64,000 nt of DNA from an uncultured delta proteobacterium (GTDB lineage Bacteria > Desulfobacterota > Binatia > UBA9968), in the NCBI GenBank assembly GCA_963804165.1, contig CAWDPO010000002.1:160001-224000 (forward strand). The letters run 5' to 3'. The position numbers and the translations under genes were made by a program. The notes beneath the pieces are model-generated. The model ran no database searches, had not been told where the DNA came from, and saw only the letters and a program-made list of their open reading frames with translations. Shown piece by piece: positions 22,799 to 33,050 of this stretch (its first letter is position 1; each line of letters opens with the position of its first letter).

Positions 22799-23508
22799 GT
22801 GAAAATACTCGTCGTGATGGGCGAATACCCGCCCGAAGAAGGTGAACGGCGTCGGCAAGCTGTTTTGAAGTGCGCGTCAGCCAGGCACGGAGATCGGTTT
22901 CGACGTGATCAAAGCGACATTCTTTCGGCGTTCCAACTCACAGGTTAATTCTCTTTCCGCCGGGCCGCTCGTTGCCGAAGTTGCCGTAAAAGCCGAAGCG
23001 GACGGTTACGACGCCGTGGTGCCGTTCGGTACCTTGGATGCCGGCGTCGAGCTGGCGCGAAACTTGATTCGAATTCCTATCGTCGGCGCGGGACAATCCG
23101 TTCTGCATCTCGGTGCGCAATTAAGCAACCGACTCGGCGTCATCGCCTACGAAGCGAAAAGCATTGCGTTCATGCGCAAACAAATGCACGCCTGGCGAGT
23201 CGCCGATTCGGTCGTGGGAATTCGCAGCGTAGAGATTCCGCTGCCCGAAAGCACAAAAAACCGCGACGCCATGCGCAACCGCTTCATCGAAGTGGCCCGC
23301 GAGCTCATCGACAATCACGACGCCGAGATCATCGTGCCCATGGGTGTCACGATGGTGCCGGTGCAATATGCGCCAGCAAGAATTCGAAAAAGAGCTCGGC
23401 GTACCTGTAATGGACGCGCTCAAGACCAGCATCCAAACCGCTGAAATGCTCGTGCGCATGGGCCTTACGCACAGCACGAAGACCTACCCGCGACCGCCGG
23501 CCAATTAG
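22799..23508 (+). CDS. Asp/Glu/hydantoin racemase family protein, frameshifted
   Basis: AAGGAG RBS and GTG start; AEADGYDAVV, IPIVGAG, LGVPVMD, THSTKTYP. Confidence 0.75.
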
Positions 23509-23538
23509 TGTTGAGTTATGAGTGCTGAGGACTGAGAG
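23508..23538. repeat. Short degenerate 7-mer tandem (TGAGTnn)
   Basis: GTGTTGAGTTATGAGTGCTGAGGACTGAGAG. Confidence 0.55.
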
Positions 23539-23553
23539 TTTGTGGATACCTAA

Positions 23554-24426
23554 ATGCGCAATTTCGATCTGATCGAACCGACGAAACTGCAGGACGCTTG
23601 CGCGATTCTTGCCGCGGACGAGGACGCGAAGCCCGTCGCCGGAGGAACGGCGCTTCTGACGATTATCAAACAGGGCTTGCTGCTGCCGAAGTTACTGGTC
23701 AACCTCAAAAAGATAAATGACGCATCGGCCATCACGTTCGATCCGCAACAGGGGCTTCGCATCGGCGCCCTGGCGACGATCAACGAAATCGAAACGTCTC
23801 CGCTCGTTCAGCGATACTACCCTGCCCTCGCCGAGGCCTGCCACGTCGTCGCCAATATACGTATTCGTAACATGGCGACCATCGGCGGCAATCTGGCTCA
23901 CGCCGATTATCAATCTGATCCGCCGACTGTGCTCGTCGCATTGGACGCGTACATCGAGCTCATCAGTCCAAGCGGCATTCGACGCATGAAGTTAACCGAA
24001 TTCCAGCTCGGCAGCTACGAAACTGCGCTCGAGCCGGGAGAATTGATTTCCGCGATTATCATTCCACCGATGCCGCAAGGCATGACCGGGCATTACATCA
24101 AATTTACCATTGGTTCGTCGGAAGAGCGGCCGTGCGCCGGTGTCGCTGCGTTCACATGCATAGAGGACGGGATTTGTCGCGAATTTCGTCTTGCCGTTGG
24201 CGCAGTTTCGCCCCGCTCCCTACGCATCGCCGCAGGTGAAGAGGCGGCTCGTGACATGATTCTGACCGATCAATTGATCGATAGCATCGCCTTCGAAGCG
24301 GCGCGTCTCGTCGAACCCATCGGTGACCTACGCGGCTCGGCGGAATACAAGCGCCATCTGGTTCGCGTGCTCGTGCGCAGAGCAATCACTATTGTGACCA
24401 ACGGAAGAATGGAGACAGCGGCATGA
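23554..24426 (+). CDS. Xanthine dehydrogenase family FAD-binding subunit (CoxM/CutM-like)
   Basis: PVAGGTAL, IRNMATIGGNLAHAD, DLRGSAEYKRHL. Confidence 0.92.
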   Translation: MRNFDLIEPTKLQDACAILAADEDAKPVAGGTALLTIIKQGLLLPKLLVNLKKINDASAITFDPQQGLRIGALATINEIETSPLVQRYYPALAEACHVVANIRIRNMATIGGNLAHADYQSDPPTVLVALDAYIELISPSGIRRMKLTEFQLGSYETALEPGELISAIIIPPMPQGMTGHYIKFTIGSSEERPCAGVAAFTCIEDGICREFRLAVGAVSPRSLRIAAGEEAARDMILTDQLIDSIAFEAARLVEPIGDLRGSAEYKRHLVRVLVRRAITIVTNGRMETAA

Positions 24427-26705
24427 CCCTCGTCGGAACCAACGTCGAGATGGTCGGCGCTCGCGCTAAAGTCAGCGGCGCAGTGAATTATATCGCCGAT
24501 CTGGAACTTCCCGGGCAGCTTTACGCTAAAGCGCTGCGCAGTCCCTACCCTCACGCGAAGCTCGTGCGAATCGACACCAGCAAAGCCTCGGCGCTGGCGG
24601 GTGTGCGCGCAGTGGTGACACGCGACGATCTTGTTGAATTGAGTCCATGCTTCGGCACAGGCGTCGAAGACCAACCTGTCGTCGTCTTCGACAAGGCGCG
24701 CTATGTCGGCGACATTATCGCCGCCGTCGCCGCCGACAGCCGCGAGATCGCCGAGGAAGCGGTTGCTCTCATCGAAGTCGAATACGAAGAGCTGCCGGCA
24801 GTCACGGACATTCTCGAAGCAGCGAAGCCCGGCGCGCCGATTATTCACGAACAACATGTCGACAAAGCTGCAGGCGGCAATATCCACGGCGTTTATCGCG
24901 CTACCAGCGGCGACATCGAGCAAGGCTTCAAAGAAGGCGACGAAGTTATTGAAAACACTTATCTTTTACCGCCGGTCCAACACGGTCACATCGAACCGCA
25001 CGCCGTAACGGCGTTGTGGGAACCCGGCGGGAAACTCGTTGTCCACTCGCCTTGCCAGACTCCGTCGCCGCTGCAAGAGCAACTCGCCAAAGTGTTCAAG
25101 CTGCCGCTGAATCGAGTTCGAGTCATCGTTCCGCCCGTCGGCGGCGGTTACGGCGGCAAGAACCACGCGCGCATCGAGCCGATAGCCGCGTTGCTCGCCT
25201 TGAAAGCGCGCTGCCCCGTGCAGTGGATGCTTACCCGCGACGAAGTTTTTCTCACTGGCCGGCGCTTCGGCGCACTTATCAAAATTAAAACCGGCTTCAA
25301 GCACGACGGTAGATTGTGGGCGCGTAAAGTCGAGGCCTGGTATGACATGGGAGCCTACGCGCTCTCCGGTCCGGCCAACACGAAGAACGCCTGTATCATC
25401 GCCGGCGGCCCGTACAATATTCCACACCGTGATTTCACGACGTATGCGGTCTACACCAATCTCCCTCCTGCGGGCCCCTATCGCGGCGTCGGCGCGTCCC
25501 ACGTCTGCTGGGCTTATGAGTCGGAGATGGACGAGATCGCGCGCCGCGTCCGCATGGACCCGCTCGAATTACGCCTGAAGAATCTACTTAAAGAAAGCGA
25601 TCGATTCATTACCGGCGAACCGATGATCTCCGTGGGAATTTCCGAATGCGTACGCCAAGCGGCCAAAGCCATTGATTGGCGCGGCAATGAAGAACAAGCG
25701 GCAAAATCCACTGGACCGTTTGTCCGCGGCAAAGGTCTGGCGGTCGCCATTAAAAGCACGTCGACACCGAGCACTTCGGCGGCAAGCGTGCGCCTCAACT
25801 CCGACGGCTCGGCGGTTTTGCTGACGAGCAGCGCCGAGATCGGTCAAGGCGCGCACACCTCGCTCGCGCAGATCGTCGGCGACGTGCTCGGTTTGCCGTT
25901 GGATAGAGTAAGCGTCACTTTTCCTGATACCGATGTGACGCCCTACGATAAATCCACCAGCTCGAGCCGAACGACTTTTCACATGGGTCGCGCCGCGCAA
26001 ATCGCCGCTGGTCAGATACGCGATCAGCTCTTGCAAGCCGGCGCCAAGTCCCTCGAAGCGCGTGTCGAGGATTTGGAATTGAAAGACATGCGCCTGCAGG
26101 TAAGAGGCGTTCCGGAAAAGAATCTGACCATTCCCCAACTGTTTCGCGCGATCTACGGCGAGCCGAGCGGCAGCCTCTTCGGCAACCACACACTGCGCAC
26201 CGAAGGCGGTGTCGATTCCAAAACCGGAAAAGGCAAAGGATCGTCCTTCTGGTTTTATTCCGCTGCAGGCGCCGAAGTTGAAGTCGATATCGAAACCGGC
26301 AAAGTGCGCGTGCTGAAAGTTGCCACCGCCGTAGACGTCGGCAAGGCGATTCATCCAAGACAATGCGATCTGCAAAACGAAGGCTCCGCGCTCGCCGGCC
26401 TCGGCTCGGCGCTTTTCGAAGAGATGCGCTTCGACAACGGCCAGCCGATCAACGGCACATTTCTCGATTACCTGCTGCCGTCCATGCAGGATCATCCTGT
26501 CGAATTCGAATCATTGCTCGTCGAGACACCACATCCCGACGGCCCCTTCGGCGCCAAAGGCATGGGCGAAGCCGGACTCCCGCCGATGGCGGCGGCAATC
26601 GGCAACGCCGTTGCCAATGCGCTCAACGGCGCACGCGTGCGAGACTTGCCGATCAAACCGGATAAAATCATCGCTGCGATCCAAGCCACCAAGAAGGATC
26701 GCTAA
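24423..26705 (+). CDS. Xanthine dehydrogenase family molybdopterin-binding subunit
   Basis: LRSPYPHA, VGGGYGGK, PYRGVG, EIGQGAHT, GPFGAKGMGE. Confidence 0.93.
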   Translation: MTLVGTNVEMVGARAKVSGAVNYIADLELPGQLYAKALRSPYPHAKLVRIDTSKASALAGVRAVVTRDDLVELSPCFGTGVEDQPVVVFDKARYVGDIIAAVAADSREIAEEAVALIEVEYEELPAVTDILEAAKPGAPIIHEQHVDKAAGGNIHGVYRATSGDIEQGFKEGDEVIENTYLLPPVQHGHIEPHAVTALWEPGGKLVVHSPCQTPSPLQEQLAKVFKLPLNRVRVIVPPVGGGYGGKNHARIEPIAALLALKARCPVQWMLTRDEVFLTGRRFGALIKIKTGFKHDGRLWARKVEAWYDMGAYALSGPANTKNACIIAGGPYNIPHRDFTTYAVYTNLPPAGPYRGVGASHVCWAYESEMDEIARRVRMDPLELRLKNLLKESDRFITGEPMISVGISECVRQAAKAIDWRGNEEQAAKSTGPFVRGKGLAVAIKSTSTPSTSAASVRLNSDGSAVLLTSSAEIGQGAHTSLAQIVGDVLGLPLDRVSVTFPDTDVTPYDKSTSSSRTTFHMGRAAQIAAGQIRDQLLQAGAKSLEARVEDLELKDMRLQVRGVPEKNLTIPQLFRAIYGEPSGSLFGNHTLRTEGGVDSKTGKGKGSSFWFYSAAGAEVEVDIETGKVRVLKVATAVDVGKAIHPRQCDLQNEGSALAGLGSALFEEMRFDNGQPINGTFLDYLLPSMQDHPVEFESLLVETPHPDGPFGAKGMGEAGLPPMAAAIGNAVANALNGARVRDLPIKPDKIIAAIQATKKDR

Positions 26706-26712
26706 ATGAAAA

Positions 26713-27168
26713 TTGCCCTCGATCACCACGATCAACGGCCAGCGCCAGGAAATCCAGGTCAACGGGAATCAAACTCTTTTGGAGTTTCTCCGTGACGATC
26801 TAAAACTTAAAGGAACGGTTGAAGGCTGCAGCGTCGGAGTTTGCGGCTCCTGCACAGTGCTGATCGACGGTAAACCGGTCAGCTCCTGCCTATCCCTCGC
26901 GAGCAACATCGAAGGCAAACAAGTCACGACCATCGAAGGCCTATCGCAAAACGGCGACCTCGATCCCGTGCAACAAGCCTTTCTCAAACACCAAGCCTTT
27001 CAATGCGGCTTTTGCACGACGGGCATGATTATGGCGGTCAAAGGCTTGCTAAACGCCCATCCCCATCCGACCGAAGAACAGGCGCGCGATTATCTGTCTG
27101 GAAATTTGTGCCGGTGCGGGACGTACAAGGAGGTGTTGGCGGCAGTGGTAGATTTAGCCGGCACATAA
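26713..27168 (+). CDS. Xanthine dehydrogenase family 2Fe-2S subunit (CoxS-like)
   Basis: GCSVGVCGSC, QCGFCT, NLCRCG; true start may be ATG 26706 with an indel. Confidence 0.92.
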   Translation: MPSITTINGQRQEIQVNGNQTLLEFLRDDLKLKGTVEGCSVGVCGSCTVLIDGKPVSSCLSLASNIEGKQVTTIEGLSQNGDLDPVQQAFLKHQAFQCGFCTTGMIMAVKGLLNAHPHPTEEQARDYLSGNLCRCGTYKEVLAAVVDLAGT

Positions 27169-27184
27169 CCTGGACGAATTGCCG

Positions 27185-27369
27185 CCAGTGTCCTGGAGCC
27201 AAAGTTCGCAACAAAATTAAATCGTCATTCCGGGCAACCCCGGATCACAGTCCGGGGTTGCGCGACCCGGAATCCAGGAGTTTCAAAGACTTCTGGATGC
27301 CGGTTTTCACCGGCATGACGGCATAACGCTGAATGACTTGTTCAAACAACTTTAAATCCACGACGCCAG
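27185..27369. mobile_element. MITE-like element: imperfect terminal inverted repeats, CCAG at both ends, internal GTCAT REP pair
   Basis: CCAG-TGTCCTGGAGCCAAAGTT ... AACTTTAAATCCACGACG-CCAG enclosing CGTCATTCCGG...CCGGCATGACG. Confidence 0.6.
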
Positions 27370-27430
27370 TGCTTCTATCGATTCAACATCCGCAGCAGCC
27401 AGCTAGACCTCAACGCCGAGGAAGAACATT

Positions 27431-28315
27431 ATGAAGGCGTTTATCTCGCTTCTAATCCTGTCGACGATCGCGTTATGGACAAATCAACCGATATTTTCTT
27501 CAGAATCGTCCGGCTCGGACACAGTGACGATGAGATGGCTCGGTACGGCAGGTTGGGAGATACAGGTCGGAGGGACGGTTATCCTTATCGATCCGTTTCT
27601 CACAAGGAAAACGGCGTCGGCAAATTCCGAGTGGAAGACAAATGAGGAAGAAGTGCTCAGGATCATCAAGAAAGCCGATTTCATATTCGCCGGCCATAGC
27701 CACGCCGACCACATCGCCGACATTCCTTTCATCGCGAAGCGCTTCGGTTCCAAAGTCATCGGATCCAGAACTACCACCAATATCGCTTTGACCGCCGGAG
27801 TAGACAAGTCACAGCTGACGACCATCGCCAGCGGAGAAAAACTCGAGTTCAAGGATTTCTCGGTCGAGGTCATAGAAAGCCAGCACGGCGTTCTCAATCG
27901 ATCCGGCCGGCGGCGCCAACCTAAGTCTGACGAAATTCTCGAACCATGGTCAGGCCCCATCAAAGGCGACGCCTTCGTCGAAGGCGGCAGCTATCTCTAT
28001 TATTTCATCTTCGGCAAGCACCGCGTGCTGCATCAGAGTACGGGAAATTTTATCGAGGCCAAGCTCAATACAATTCAGCCCGACGTTGCCCTACTCGCGG
28101 ATAATAGTAATTACGATTGGCCGGACGCGTTGAAAATCATCCGGCCAAAAACCGTGGTGATCCACCACTACGACGAATGGCGCACACCCTTCTCGGAAGG
28201 TATCCCGGAATCAAATCGGCGCAGGGCACAGCGCTTCGAACGCGTCATTAAAAGCTTCGACAGCAAGATCAAGGTAATTATTCCAGAGCTTCTGGGGACG
28301 ATATCGTTGGATTAA
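27431..28315 (+). CDS. Secreted metallo-beta-lactamase-fold hydrolase (UlaG-like)
   Basis: Signal peptide, WLGTAG, LIDPF, GHSHADHIAD, IHHYD. Confidence 0.88.
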   Translation: MKAFISLLILSTIALWTNQPIFSSESSGSDTVTMRWLGTAGWEIQVGGTVILIDPFLTRKTASANSEWKTNEEEVLRIIKKADFIFAGHSHADHIADIPFIAKRFGSKVIGSRTTTNIALTAGVDKSQLTTIASGEKLEFKDFSVEVIESQHGVLNRSGRRRQPKSDEILEPWSGPIKGDAFVEGGSYLYYFIFGKHRVLHQSTGNFIEAKLNTIQPDVALLADNSNYDWPDALKIIRPKTVVIHHYDEWRTPFSEGIPESNRRRAQRFERVIKSFDSKIKVIIPELLGTISLD

Positions 28316-28548
28316 CTCCAATGAGGAACAAGCGCACGGCCATCTGTCCGGAAACTTCAGTAGCTGCGGGAAGTAAGACGAAGTCTTCGCAGCTCTCTAA
28401 GAACGCTCTCAAGAATGACGAGCCTCACGAAATTGTTCCTATTCCTATCAAGTTGTGCTCCTCTATCTGGGAAGATATAAGATCAATGCAGTTCCGGCAG
28501 GTTACCATGCATTACGAAGCTTAATGTTTCGATTTTATCGGAGGTCTT

Positions 28549-28959
28549 ATGCGATTCTTTGCCGTATTTCTAATGCTGTCTCTCACCGCCTGCGCCACGA
28601 CGCCGGTGACTATTCAGCAAGCGTCTGCGATACCGGGCTCACGTATCTTGGCACCGCAGCTGGTCTCTCAAACGTCCAATACGGGCAGCCTGATCGTAAA
28701 GCGCGACAGCGGTTTCATGGGGTCGGCATGCACGATTCGCGTTTTTGTAGATGCCGTGCCGGTCGCTGATCTTAGGCCAGCCGAGAAAGTCGAACTGTTC
28801 GTCCCGTTCGGGGAGCATAGTGTCGTCGTCACGCCGAATGGTATTTGCGGTGGCGGCACTTCTGAAACGGCAGTGGTGATCATGCCCGAGCGTCAGAGGA
28901 TTCTGCGGATCGCCAGCGGTCAAAGCGGCGACATTTATCTTCAGCCGAGCGCGTTCTGA
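28549..28959 (+). CDS. Lipoprotein of unknown function
   Basis: GGAGG RBS; lipobox LTAC; VKRDSGFMGSAC motif. Confidence 0.8.
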   Translation: MRFFAVFLMLSLTACATTPVTIQQASAIPGSRILAPQLVSQTSNTGSLIVKRDSGFMGSACTIRVFVDAVPVADLRPAEKVELFVPFGEHSVVVTPNGICGGGTSETAVVIMPERQRILRIASGQSGDIYLQPSAF

Positions 28960-29129
28960 GTTTCGGTCACCCAAATGTTTTTGTCGCGGTCTGGTTCCCG
29001 AATCGCCTGGGTTCCCGCTTGAGACATGCGGGAATGAACGGACATGGCCGCGGCAATTTCATCAATGTATATCAACGTGCGGAGGCATTGATCGAATCTT
29101 GCGAAAAACACTTTTGCATCAGTCACCTT

Positions 29130-29621
29130 GTCACGACGCCTGCGAATCTTCCATCACTTTCAATTCAAACTTCCCATCCTTGTCTTGACCGATCTTCTTC
29201 TGTTCATATAAGCGCGCCACAGCGCTTGCGACCGTTTTGTAATCCGCCTTAGGAAACTTTTCTAGGAGATCGGCGAAGAAGCAGTGGGATTTCTCCAACG
29301 TCGCGACAATTTTTCCCGTGAGGTCGTCGACGCCCTCTGACGGCTTCGCCGCGGCTGATTTCTTCCCGGCTTCGACTGCACCGAGATAATTTTTCAAATC
29401 CACTTTCCCCTGATTAAAATAAACGATCCGCTTGTAGCGCTCGGCAGGAATATTTTCCGGAATCGTCGCGTCGATGCCCATCTTTGCCGTCGTGGGAACT
29501 TTGCCATGGATCGGCAGTGGCAAGGATGGATCGAGCGGTTTTGAGCGGGCGTTGGAGACGATGACCACGTCGCGGTCGGCTTGCACGCGGGTGGCCACCG
29601 CCCACTCCACGTCGACAGGAT
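29130..29621 (-). pseudogene. Duplicated 3' fragment of the neighbouring ubiD-family gene
   Basis: Direct repeat of 30208-30697; encodes [14 protein letters not shown]...[14 protein letters not shown] with no 5' part. Confidence 0.9.
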
Positions 29622-29682
29622 GTGGAATTTGATCGCTTCTCAGGACTGTGACAGAATTTCAGCCAGGCCGGAGGGGTAACTT

Positions 29683-29868
29683 ATGTCTAAAGCGAAAGAA
29701 GAGCTGACGAAACTGATCGAGGAGCAACCCGACGACAGTTCGCGCGAGGAGATCGTACGCGAACTGGCATTTCACGTTATGGTTCAGCGGGGGCTTGCTG
29801 ATTCTGACGTAGGGCGAGTCATCTCGAATGATGAAATGGCGCGGCGTATCCGTTCATGGCAGAAATAG
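29683..29868 (+). CDS. Putative antitoxin of a RelE/ParE module
   Basis: 61 aa, acidic, QRGLADSDVGRVISNDE motif; GGAGG RBS; overlaps toxin start. Confidence 0.82.
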   Translation: MSKAKEELTKLIEEQPDDSSREEIVRELAFHVMVQRGLADSDVGRVISNDEMARRIRSWQK

Positions 29869-30149
29869 CTTGGACGGAAGAAGCTCTGCGTTGGCTCGAG
29901 GACATCTTCGAGTACATTGCCGTGGATAATCCGAGTGCCGCCGCCCAAACGGTCAACGGGATCTATGAAAGAGCCCAAACGCTGGCAAACTTTCCTGAGA
30001 TGGGCCATCGCTACTGGGCATCGAACCGCCCTGTGCGAATTCTCCTTTACGGCCACTACCGCATCGCCTATCTGATCAAGGACAATGGAAACATCGATAT
30101 CTTAGGCGTCTTCCATGGCTCCCTGGATATCACCAAGTATCAGCTATGA
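29856..30149 (+). CDS. Type II toxin, RelE/ParE family
   Basis: IAWTEEALRWLEDIFEYIAVDNP, LANFPEMG, YRIAY, ILGVFHG. Confidence 0.9.
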   Translation: MAEIAWTEEALRWLEDIFEYIAVDNPSAAAQTVNGIYERAQTLANFPEMGHRYWASNRPVRILLYGHYRIAYLIKDNGNIDILGVFHGSLDITKYQL

Positions 30150-30226
30150 TTGAACACGATCAGGCTAGTTCGAGTCTGGCCTAAATTGCTAAATAGAATT
30201 CACACTCGTCACGACCACTAACCCGT

Positions 30227-31796
30227 CTAAACCCTCAGTTCAAACTTCCCGTCCTTGTCCTGACTAATTCTCCCCTCTTCATATAATCGCGCCACCGCAC
30301 TCGCAACGGTTTTGTAATCCGCCTTAGGAAACTTCTCCAGGAGATCGGCAAAGAAGCAGTGGGATTTCTCCAACGTCGCGACAATCTTTCCCGTGAGCTC
30401 GTCGACGCCTTCTGACGGCTTCGCCGCGGCTGATTTCTTCCCGGCTTCGACTGCACCGAGATAATTTTTCAAATCCACTTTCCCCTGATTAAAATAAACG
30501 ATCCGCTTGTAGCGCTCGGCAGGAATATTTTCCGGGATCGTCGCGTCGATGCCCATCTTTGCCGTCGTCGGGACTTTGCCATGGATCGGCAGTGGCAAGC
30601 GATGGATCGAGCGGTTTTGAGCGAGCGTTGGAAACAATGACGACGTCGCGGTCGGCCTGCACGCGCGTGGCCACCGCCCACTCCACGTCGACAGGATCGA
30701 AGGCGTCGATGTCGTCGTCGACGATGGTCACGTGCTTGATGTCGGCGATGGATAACAACGCCATGATGGCGTTCTTGCCGTCGCCGGGCGCTTTCTTGAT
30801 CGACGCGACGATGTGCCAGTGGCAGCAGCCGCCGGGGGTGACGTTGATCGCCGTCGTCTGCACTCCTGCCTCGAAGAGCACGCGCCGGGCGGCAGCTTCG
30901 TAGATCGGCGCGCTCATCCAGATATTTTCCCAGGGCATCTGCAGCGCGTAATACATCGCGTCTTTGCGGTGCATGATCGATTTGATGCGCACGCGCGGGT
31001 TCATGTGCAGGCCGCCCATCAACCGGTTGAATTCGCAGAACGGTCCTTCGGGGTGAACCCAGCCCTCGGGAAGGATCTCCCCTTCCAGGACGATCTCTGC
31101 ATCGGCGATGCACGGCACGGGCACCGTCTCGCCGTCGGCAAGTCGCAAAGGTTCATTGCGCAGGCCGCCGGCAAATGTCAGTTCATTGACTCCCAGGTTC
31201 GCCTTGAAAGTCGACGCGACCAATTCGTAGGGATGCGTACCGATGGAGATCGATAACGGCAGCGGTTTCTTTTTCGCGAGCGCGCGCTCGGCGAAGCGGC
31301 GCATGTTGTTCGGCGTGACAATGTCGATACCCGTGATGTTCCTTTCTTTGAGCATCAGCCGGTACATGCCGGCGTTCATACCGAACTCGGCATCTTCCGC
31401 GATGACCACGCCGCCGGTGATCATCGGCCCCCCGTCCATCACCGAAAACACCGGCACGGGCAAGTCGTAAAGATTCACTTTCTTGCCGGTGACAATGACT
31501 TCTTTGACCGGCGGGTTCGCCACGCGCTTCGGCTTGATTGGCTTGTTCATCGCGTTGCCGAGCTTATCGGCGACGTTTTCGTAGGCGACGCCCATGCCGA
31601 GGGCGATACGCTTGCGGGACTGCAAGAGCCCGGAGACCACCGGCATCGAATATCCCGGCAGATTTCTAAACAGCAGGGCCTTTTCCGATTGCGCCACCAG
31701 CGCGGCGACATCGCGAAGGTCCACGGGCTTGGTGATTTCCAAAAGCTCGTCGTTCTTGCGAAGCGTGTTGATGTAGTCGCGAAAGCTAGCTTTCAT
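30227..31796 (-). CDS. UbiD-family (prFMN-dependent) decarboxylase with C-terminal extension; +1 frameshift near 30600
   Basis: DGGPMIT, NAGMYRL, AEIVLEG, EGPFCEF, VDDDID, WAVATR, KMGIDAT. Confidence 0.88.
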
Positions 31797-32014
31797 CTCG
31801 TATCTCCCTGCCGCAACCAAATTTTCTCGGCGACCTTTAGCACGCCGATTCCGCGAGTATCCAATTCCGGAGAAGATCATTCAACCGCGAAGAATGCAAA
31901 GTTCGAAAACAAATTTCGTGGTGGTCTTCGTATCCTTCGTAGCCTCATCTTTCGCGAAAGTAACGCCCTGTGTTATAAACGCGATGATAAACTGACACTC
32001 AGGAAAGGCTCTGT

Positions 32015-33013
32015 ATGCCCTCATTCGGACTGACTTTGGCGAATCGCGGTGTAATTATCGGCGCGGTGACTGTTCCCGAGCTATTCGACATGGCGAAACG
32101 GGGCGAGGACTCCGGCGCCTTCGACGCCGTCTGGGTCGGCGATAGTTTGCTGGCCAAGCCGCGCCTGGAATCCATCACTCTTCTTTCCGCGTTAGCGGTG
32201 GTCACCAAGAAAGTGAAACTCGCGGTCGGCTGCATGGCGACGTTTCCACAGAGACATCCCGCGCTGCTCGCACAGCAATGGGCGAGCCTTGATGTGATCT
32301 CCGCCGGGCGCTCCTGGCTCGCGGTCTGTCTGGGCGGGCCGAATGAGCAGAGTCCGGCGCAGGCGCTCGAGCACAAAGTCATGGGCATCAAAGACACCGA
32401 GCGCGTCGGCCGGCTCGAAGAAGGCATCGTTATTCTAAAGAAACTGTTTCATGAGGAAAAAGCTTCACACCACGGAAAATATTATCAATTCGAAGGCGTG
32501 ACGATTCAGCCGCGGCCGGTGCAGGATCCCTTGCCGATCTGGATCGCCAGCAATCCCACCGGTCTCACGTGGAAAGACGGCGCAAGCGCGCCGTCCCCGG
32601 CCGTAGAAAAAGGCCTGCGCCGCGTGGCGAAGTTTGCCGACGGCTGGATGACCAACAAAGTCACGCCGGATGAATTTAAATCACAGTGGACGCGCATCCT
32701 GGCGATGGCCAAAGAAGAAGGCCGCGACCCTTCGAAGATCGGCAGCTCGCTTTACCACAACATCAACATCAACGAGAATCGCCAGGCCGCGCTCGATGAG
32801 AGCAAGGCGTTTCTCGATAAATACTACACGTCCAACTTCAGCATGAAATTCGTCGAAGGCTTCACCACCGCGGGAAGCCCGCAGCAGTGCATCGATGAGT
32901 TGAAGGCCTACTTCGCCGCCGGCATCGAACATATTACTCTGCGCATGACCTCCTGGGATCAGCATAAGCATCTTAAACGATTTCTCGAGGAAGTGGTGCC
33001 GGCATTTCGCTAG
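32015..33013 (+). CDS. LLM-class flavin-dependent oxidoreductase
   Basis: FDAVWVGDSL, ASLDVISAGR, PRPVQ, PIWIA, ADGW. Confidence 0.9.
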   Translation: MPSFGLTLANRGVIIGAVTVPELFDMAKRGEDSGAFDAVWVGDSLLAKPRLESITLLSALAVVTKKVKLAVGCMATFPQRHPALLAQQWASLDVISAGRSWLAVCLGGPNEQSPAQALEHKVMGIKDTERVGRLEEGIVILKKLFHEEKASHHGKYYQFEGVTIQPRPVQDPLPIWIASNPTGLTWKDGASAPSPAVEKGLRRVAKFADGWMTNKVTPDEFKSQWTRILAMAKEEGRDPSKIGSSLYHNININENRQAALDESKAFLDKYYTSNFSMKFVEGFTTAGSPQQCIDELKAYFAAGIEHITLRMTSWDQHKHLKRFLEEVVPAFR

Positions 33014-33050
33014 ACTTTTCACAAGGCTTCTTTGAGATGGAGCAGCCAAA

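Noticed and set aside
23554-27168. Aerobic CO dehydrogenase (coxMSL)
   Set aside because: Active-site loop is PYRGVG, not the form I AYxCSFR; no cox accessory genes.
17401-30697. Diversity-generating retroelement (Avd-like gene plus a duplicated gene 3' end)
   Set aside because: No reverse transcriptase; differences between the ubiD repeats are mostly synonymous third-position changes, not adenine-specific; the loci are 12 kb apart.
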